Made by a program: the position numbers and the translations under genes. From the NCBI GenBank assembly GCA_965238305.1, contig CBDEHK010000001.1, positions 3,034,226-3,098,225 of the forward strand: a stretch of DNA of 64,000 bases, in the 5' to 3' direction. Position 1 is the stretch's first letter. Every line of letters starts with the position of its first letter. The notes under the pieces are model-generated. The model did no database searches. It saw only the letters and a program-made list of their open reading frames with translations, and had not been told where the DNA came from. This document shows, one piece after another, positions 58,937 through 64,000 of the stretch. The DNA comes from Alphaproteobacteria bacterium. GTDB lineage: Bacteria > Pseudomonadota > Alphaproteobacteria > GCA-2731375.

Positions 58937-60561
58937 TCTTTGCGCGCATGACGACGCAGGATGCGGTCGGCGCCTTTCTCGTTCATTCCATCGCCTTATC
59001 TGGCCAGCGTATGAAAAAGGGACGGATCCTCAATGAAGAGGATGTAAAATCGCTGATTTCCGCCGGCTATGATGAAATTTTAGCCGCCCGCCTGGAAGAT
59101 ACCGATCTGGCGGAAGATGAAGCGGCGGAACAAATCGCTGCTGCGGCTCAGGGGGCGCACGTTCGGTTGCAAGCTGCCTTCACCGGGCGGGCCAATTTAT
59201 TTGCGGATAACAAAGGTATCGTTATCATTGATCGCGATCGGATTGATGATCTCAACCTCTTGGACGAAGCGATCACGATCGCGACGGTGGAACCGTATTC
59301 TATAGTTGAGCCGGGTCAGATGCTGGCGACTGTCAAAATTATTCCTTTCGCGGCATCGGTATCAAATGTTGACGCGGCTTCTGCAATCGCCTGCAATCGC
59401 TCGCCGCTGGTGTCGATTGCGCCATTTCGGGAAAAATCGGCCGGTGTGATTATGACCCGATTACCGGAAACGAAAAAATCCGTCCTGACAAAAACGCTAT
59501 CTGTGTTGAACGACCGCCTGACCGGTTTGGGCAGCAAAATTCAACGATCAAATGAATGTGTGCATCGGAGTGAAAATGTCGCTGCCGCCGTCACCGAACA
59601 AAAATTAGCTGGTTGCGACCCCATATTGATCTTCGGCGCCTCCGCAATCACCGACCGTCTGGATGAAGTGCCAAGCGGTATTGTCGAAGCCGGCGGGGAA
59701 ATCCATCACTTTGGCATGCCCGTCGATCCCGGCAATCTGCTTCTATTGGCAGAATTGGATGGCACGCCGGTTATTGGCCTACCGGGCTGCGCCCGCTCGC
59801 CGAAATTAAACGGCTTTGATTGGGTGCTGCAACGCCTGTGCGCCGATGTCGCGATAGGCAGAAAAGATATTATGCGCATGGGCGCCGGTGGTCTGCTGAA
59901 AGAAATATCTACGCGACCACAACCCAGGACCGGCAAGCAAGCCGAGGGCCTTGATGTGACCCCACGTGCAGCACGGATTGCAGGCCTGGTATTGGCCGCC
60001 GGGCAATCCAGACGGATGGGCGAAGCAAACAAATTGCTAGTCGAGATCGATGGCCAGGCAATGGTCCGCCACGCGATTGCAGCAGCACAACAATCCAATC
60101 TACATTCCATACTAGTCGTAACCGGTCATCAAAGTCAGGACGTTCGTGCTAATTTGGCAGAAGAAGGGATTGAGTTTGCCCATAACCCGAATTTTGCAGA
60201 TGGCTTGAGCAGCACTTTGCGTATCGGCATTGAACATCTGTCAGACGACATTGATGGCGTCATGATCATTCTTGGCGACATGCCGAATATTCGCAGCGAC
60301 CATATCGACCGTCTGATCGCCGCCTTTAATCCATTAGAAGGTCGCGGCATATGTGTCCCGACTTTCAACGGCAAACGCGGCAATCCGGTTTTATTCTCCG
60401 CCGAACTATTGGCCGAAATTACCAATGTCGCCGGTGACGTCGGGGCGAAACATTTGATTGGCCAGCACGAAGATGTCGTCGCCGAAGTGGCGATGCCGGA
60501 CGATGCAATACTTCTGGATATCGACACGCCTGAGGCACTGGCTGATTATCAAAGCGTTTAG
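58933..60561 (+). CDS. mocA: molybdopterin-binding (MoeA/MoCF-biosynthesis-like) domain fused to MobA-like NTP transferase (molybdenum cofactor cytidylyltransferase MocA-like)
   Basis: Central MoCF_biosynth-like GxxD region. C-terminal GLVLAAGQSRRMG nucleotidyltransferase motif. Confidence 0.75.
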   Translation: MIFARMTTQDAVGAFLVHSIALSGQRMKKGRILNEEDVKSLISAGYDEILAARLEDTDLAEDEAAEQIAAAAQGAHVRLQAAFTGRANLFADNKGIVIIDRDRIDDLNLLDEAITIATVEPYSIVEPGQMLATVKIIPFAASVSNVDAASAIACNRSPLVSIAPFREKSAGVIMTRLPETKKSVLTKTLSVLNDRLTGLGSKIQRSNECVHRSENVAAAVTEQKLAGCDPILIFGASAITDRLDEVPSGIVEAGGEIHHFGMPVDPGNLLLLAELDGTPVIGLPGCARSPKLNGFDWVLQRLCADVAIGRKDIMRMGAGGLLKEISTRPQPRTGKQAEGLDVTPRAARIAGLVLAAGQSRRMGEANKLLVEIDGQAMVRHAIAAAQQSNLHSILVVTGHQSQDVRANLAEEGIEFAHNPNFADGLSSTLRIGIEHLSDDIDGVMIILGDMPNIRSDHIDRLIAAFNPLEGRGICVPTFNGKRGNPVLFSAELLAEITNVAGDVGAKHLIGQHEDVVAEVAMPDDAILLDIDTPEALADYQSV

Positions 60562-61376
60562 TTGCTTGAAATTTCTTCCAGAAACTTAAACTCAAGCTCC
60601 GTTGAGCCATATTTTGTAATATCACCGTGACCAGCCGCGTCCAAGGTGAACATCTGCTTTGGCTGGCTTGCTTTCTGAAATAATTTCAATCCGAAGCGGT
60701 AGGGTACAACCCGATCCCGTTTGCCATGAATGATCAGCAGTGGGGCATCGATATCCCGAATAATCTTGGCGTTATCAAAACGATCCCACATCAGCAGGCC
60801 GACCGGCAGGAATACGTAGGCCGCCTGCCCGACATCGACGGCAGATGAAAACGGGCTTTCTAAAATCAACGCTTTAATTTTGGTTTCCGCCGCCATTTGA
60901 ACCGCCACCCCGGTTCCAAGACTTTCGCCGACAATAATCAGATTTTCATTCTTCACGCCGTCGTTTTTTAGGAAATTTATCGCCGCGCGGCCATCGTTGA
61001 ATAGCCCTTCTTCGCTGGGCGTGCCTGGATTGCCGCCATAACCGCGATATTCGGTCATCAGCACACCAAAGCCGGACTTTACAAACGGTAAAACCCGGCC
61101 CAGACGGTAAGCAATATGACCCCCATTGCCATGGTAATGAACAATTGTGTCATGGCCTTCTTTGGCTGGGACGTACCAAGCTTTCAACGATAATCCATCT
61201 GATGTTTCGAGCGTGATTTCTTGAAACATCCCGGCGTCGTAAGCCGCTGGCGCCCGCAAATCCTGGGCCGGGAAATATTGCAAGCGCCGCTGCAGAACGA
61301 AAACGATCGCGACCAAACAGAGATAACCTATGATAATACCTGTGATCACGCGTCGCGCATCCGTTAACAAAGTCAT
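60558..61376 (-). CDS. alpha/beta hydrolase
   Basis: GESLG nucleophile elbow. 272 aa. Confidence 0.75.
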   Translation of the reverse strand: MTLLTDARRVITGIIIGYLCLVAIVFVLQRRLQYFPAQDLRAPAAYDAGMFQEITLETSDGLSLKAWYVPAKEGHDTIVHYHGNGGHIAYRLGRVLPFVKSGFGVLMTEYRGYGGNPGTPSEEGLFNDGRAAINFLKNDGVKNENLIIVGESLGTGVAVQMAAETKIKALILESPFSSAVDVGQAAYVFLPVGLLMWDRFDNAKIIRDIDAPLLIIHGKRDRVVPYRFGLKLFQKASQPKQMFTLDAAGHGDITKYGSTELEFKFLEEISSN

Positions 61377-62233
61377 TCCTGAGACATTTCCCTGATGTCC
61401 TGGTTCCTGTTGTTCATTTCCGCCATCAGGCGATTAGCATCCTCTGTTATCATCAGATCGCGAAATAACGTGCGTTCATCGCGGAGACCATCGCTGAGTG
61501 ACTTTTCCACCGAAAAACGAATAAGCTTCTTGATATGGGCGACCGCTTTTGGCGGTTTGATCGATATCTGCTGTGCTAATGCCAGCGCGCCGTCCAACGC
61601 GCTATCTGCTAGGCGATCGACCATGCCCAATGCCAACGCTTCGTCGGGATCAACCGTACGTCCCGTTAAGCACAAATCCAACGCCTTACTCGCACCGATC
61701 AGGCGCGCCAGCCGCTGGGTACCGTCCGCCCCTGGCAGGATGCCGATATTCACTTCTGGCTGCCCCAGGCTATAGTCGCCCTTCTGGGCAACCCGAAAAT
61801 CGCAGGCCAGAGCCGTTTCGAACCCACCGCCCATGGCATTGCCGTTGATCGCCGCGATATAGGGTTTGGGCGAAGCCGCGATCCGGTTGAAAATAATATC
61901 AAGGTCCCGCTCGCCCACCGTGTCTGCCGCATCATAGGGCGCTTTTTCGATAAAATAAGGCGCGATTTTGGCAAGTTCACGGACATCATAGTGGCGGATG
62001 AAATAATCCTTGTTGCCGCCGGTTAAAATAACCACGCGGACACTCTCATCCGTTTCCACTTGCGCCACCGCTACCGCCAATTCGTCGACCGTAAACCGGT
62101 TCATATAGAGTTCCGGCGGCGTCAACGTGATGACGGCAATTGAATTTTCGACCTTGATACTGACCTGTTCCATGACCATCCCTTTATCAATCAACGAATA
62201 ATGGCGGCCTTCGCCGCATCGAACAAGCGGCAA
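61373..62233 (-). CDS. enoyl-CoA hydratase/isomerase family protein
   Basis: Crotonase fold (AAINGNAMGGGFETALACDFRVA). Confidence 0.85.
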   Translation of the reverse strand: MPLVRCGEGRHYSLIDKGMVMEQVSIKVENSIAVITLTPPELYMNRFTVDELAVAVAQVETDESVRVVILTGGNKDYFIRHYDVRELAKIAPYFIEKAPYDAADTVGERDLDIIFNRIAASPKPYIAAINGNAMGGGFETALACDFRVAQKGDYSLGQPEVNIGILPGADGTQRLARLIGASKALDLCLTGRTVDPDEALALGMVDRLADSALDGALALAQQISIKPPKAVAHIKKLIRFSVEKSLSDGLRDERTLFRDLMITEDANRLMAEMNNRNQDIREMSQE

Positions 62234-62676
62234 AATTTATCGATCTGATAGGGCGGTAGTCAGAAATTTGGTGATCCCAGGGCGTCTTGATTGCCAATTG
62301 ACTTCCGCGGGTGGGGTGCCGGATGCAGGACGTTACGCCAGATATACTCACGAATATGAGCCTGGATACATTGATGTATGTTAAGCTGACAGGGGCGCTG
62401 ACATATGGCCGGATTTCAAGGACGGTCGATAATAAGCGTTTGGAATATTGCCGCCGTGCGGTCTTATTGTCCGGTGAACGGTTAGCGATGTTCACGCGGC
62501 ATGAAGATACGAAATGGAGTTCGGTGCATTGATTTTGCTAATCGTTTCTTACGCTGGGCACATCAAAAATGTTTCAAATATGAACTGAGCCTTTAATACT
62601 AATTTCACACTAGTTTGATAAAATTCACTTCTTTGACGAAAGATTTGCTATTGCGATCTGGCTGGGGGGAACTCCC

Positions 62677-63171
62677 TTGATCAAAGAACAAAATACTTGG
62701 CGATCAAAAGAGACACTTGAGTGTCCGATTCCTTCTGATCATAATGTCCCTCGGCTGGTTTCCTTCTTTCAACTTTGGTGTTCGAAATTTGACGGGTCTA
62801 ATGTACCTTGCCGTGACGATTTCTCGTTTGTAGACTTGCGCCCATACATGGGTTGGGTCGTCATTATTAACGTCGAACGTAGAGGGAATGACCGCTGGCT
62901 GTATAATTACCTCTTGGTGGGCACAGAAGTCGTCGACATATTTAGCCTTGATTTTACCGGAATGGAAATAGCTTCAATTATAGAACACGCAAATCTTCCT
63001 ATGGTAGTGGACAGTTTCGAATTTTGTGCTCGCAATTTGCTCCCCCATTATCGGTCGTCACCAGTGCTCGCACCCGGTCGTGATTTCATAAATATGAATG
63101 GATTATTGCTACCGCTTGCTTCAGATGGTGAGAAGGCGGACAAACTGAAAGGCTGTGTTCAACTTCAATAG
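62677..63171 (+). CDS. PAS_5 (DUF1457)-like family protein
   Basis: Pattern VPCRDDFSFVDLRPY...NVERRGNDRWLYNYLLVGTEVVD...TGMEI, resembling the alphaproteobacterial PAS_5 family. Confidence 0.45.
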   Translation: MIKEQNTWRSKETLECPIPSDHNVPRLVSFFQLWCSKFDGSNVPCRDDFSFVDLRPYMGWVVIINVERRGNDRWLYNYLLVGTEVVDIFSLDFTGMEIASIIEHANLPMVVDSFEFCARNLLPHYRSSPVLAPGRDFINMNGLLLPLASDGEKADKLKGCVQLQ

Positions 63172-63182
63172 CGCCCTTCTAT

Positions 63183-63711
63183 TCAAACCAAACTCTCAAC
63201 CGTCTCAGCCCGCGAACTATCATTGATGTACATATTCTGAGCTTTCCCCAGTATGTCCCACCCCTCCATCGCCTTCTCAATACGGTGCCAGCCGTACAGA
63301 CGATCAAACAGGCCTTCCTTAGCTAACCCCTCTACTTTGGCAACAAATCCATGACCGACTTCAATTAGCACAATAATAGCGACGCGAGTTAATCGGGCAA
63401 GTAGACCTCCAAGACGGCGACCACGCCACTTAGGGTCGACATCTAAGCCGCCCTGATGCCAAATACACCCGGAAAATTTCTCGCGTGCTGGCATGACCCA
63501 TTTCGGCTGATAGTCGAGGCAATTTGGGGTCGTTTTCCAAACTCGCATGGATTCTGACCCGAGTTAACGCGCTATCTATTATGTCCGGGTGATCGAAATA
63601 CCGACCCCGCGCTGGACCGCCTACGAAGCCATGCGTTTGAAAATAGAAGTACGGGAATAGGTGCCTATGGGCATCCCGAACGCGGCTATACCTCATCGAT
63701 TTGGTACACAC
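63183..63711 (-). pseudogene. possible frameshifted GNAT acetyltransferase
   Basis: Two overlapping minus-strand ORFs in different frames. The downstream one has GNAT motif A (LDVDPKWRGRRLGGLL). Confidence 0.3.
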
Positions 63712-63741
63712 CGTAAAGAAATATCAGGCAGTTTGAATTTT

Positions 63742-63817
63742 TGGTGACCCCAGGGGGACTTGAACCCGCCACCTCCGGCTTGAAAGGCCGGCATCCTGAC
63801 CTCTAGACCATGGGGCC
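63742..63817 (-). tRNA. tRNA-Glu (TTC)
   Basis: 76-nt cloverleaf with anticodon loop CUUUCAA and a GTCTAGAGG D-arm typical of tRNA-Glu. One C-C mismatch in the T-stem. Confidence 0.8.
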
Positions 63818-64000
63818 AATACGCATGCACGCGATTGAAGGCACCACGTACCTGCTCGGGCGGTAAAAATCAAGGTCTTCTTGAGTAAATTGTGGGAAAA
63901 ATTTATTTTCCCGGTCGGGCCGCATCTTCGACGATAATTTGCACGTTTCTGCGGCCCTGCCAATCGTCTGCGCGCAGGTGTCCGGCGATATGCAATTGGC

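Noticed and set aside
63724-63963. 79-aa minus-strand ORF
   Set aside because: Overlaps tRNA-Glu (63742-63817). Arg/Gly-rich nonsense composition.

Overview
The window reads as an alphaproteobacterial chromosome segment with GC of roughly 50% by eye. Supporting this are a PopZ homolog beside valS and tolC, an AapJQMP general amino-acid ABC transporter, AlaX, and an NDUFS4-like protein. About 65 features are supported. These include valS, popZ, tolC, pcm, and five tRNAs (Cys-GCA, Asn-GTT, Arg-TCT, Pro-TGG, Glu-TTC). They also include a PAS histidine kinase, a tandem-domain Nfu protein with an ATP-grasp enzyme, an NhaP-type antiporter, cysK-alaX-sseA, aapJQMP, metC-hisI-modABC, two class-I aminotransferases, an RTX calcium-binding repeat protein and a two-domain cold-shock protein. 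Two regions stand out. The first (29.9-34.9 kb) is an RsbR-RsbS-RsbT stressosome-type module. Its feedback phosphatase gene is an RsbT-like kinase fused to a PP2C domain and is interrupted by a 1-nt frameshift in an A7 tract. The module is followed by a GGDEF-EAL protein as apparent output. It is bracketed by 36-bp imperfect direct repeats next to tRNA-Arg. The second (40.9-60.6 kb) is a co-directional, translationally coupled operon. It encodes an Mrp/Mbh-order cation:proton antiporter membrane module (E-F-G-MbhD/E-B-C-D-D'-small-A'-DUF4149-like) with no redox subunits. This runs directly into coxG (with a C-terminal TM anchor) and coxS-L-M of a form-II-like molybdenum hydroxylase whose active-site loop reads ASRGAGR. 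A roughly 2.1 kb AT-rich insertion carrying an LtaS/EptA-like membrane sulfatase-family gene follows. Then come coxD-coxE, a split xdhC and a MoeA-like/MocA fusion. I found no CRISPR array, rRNA, transposase or integrase.
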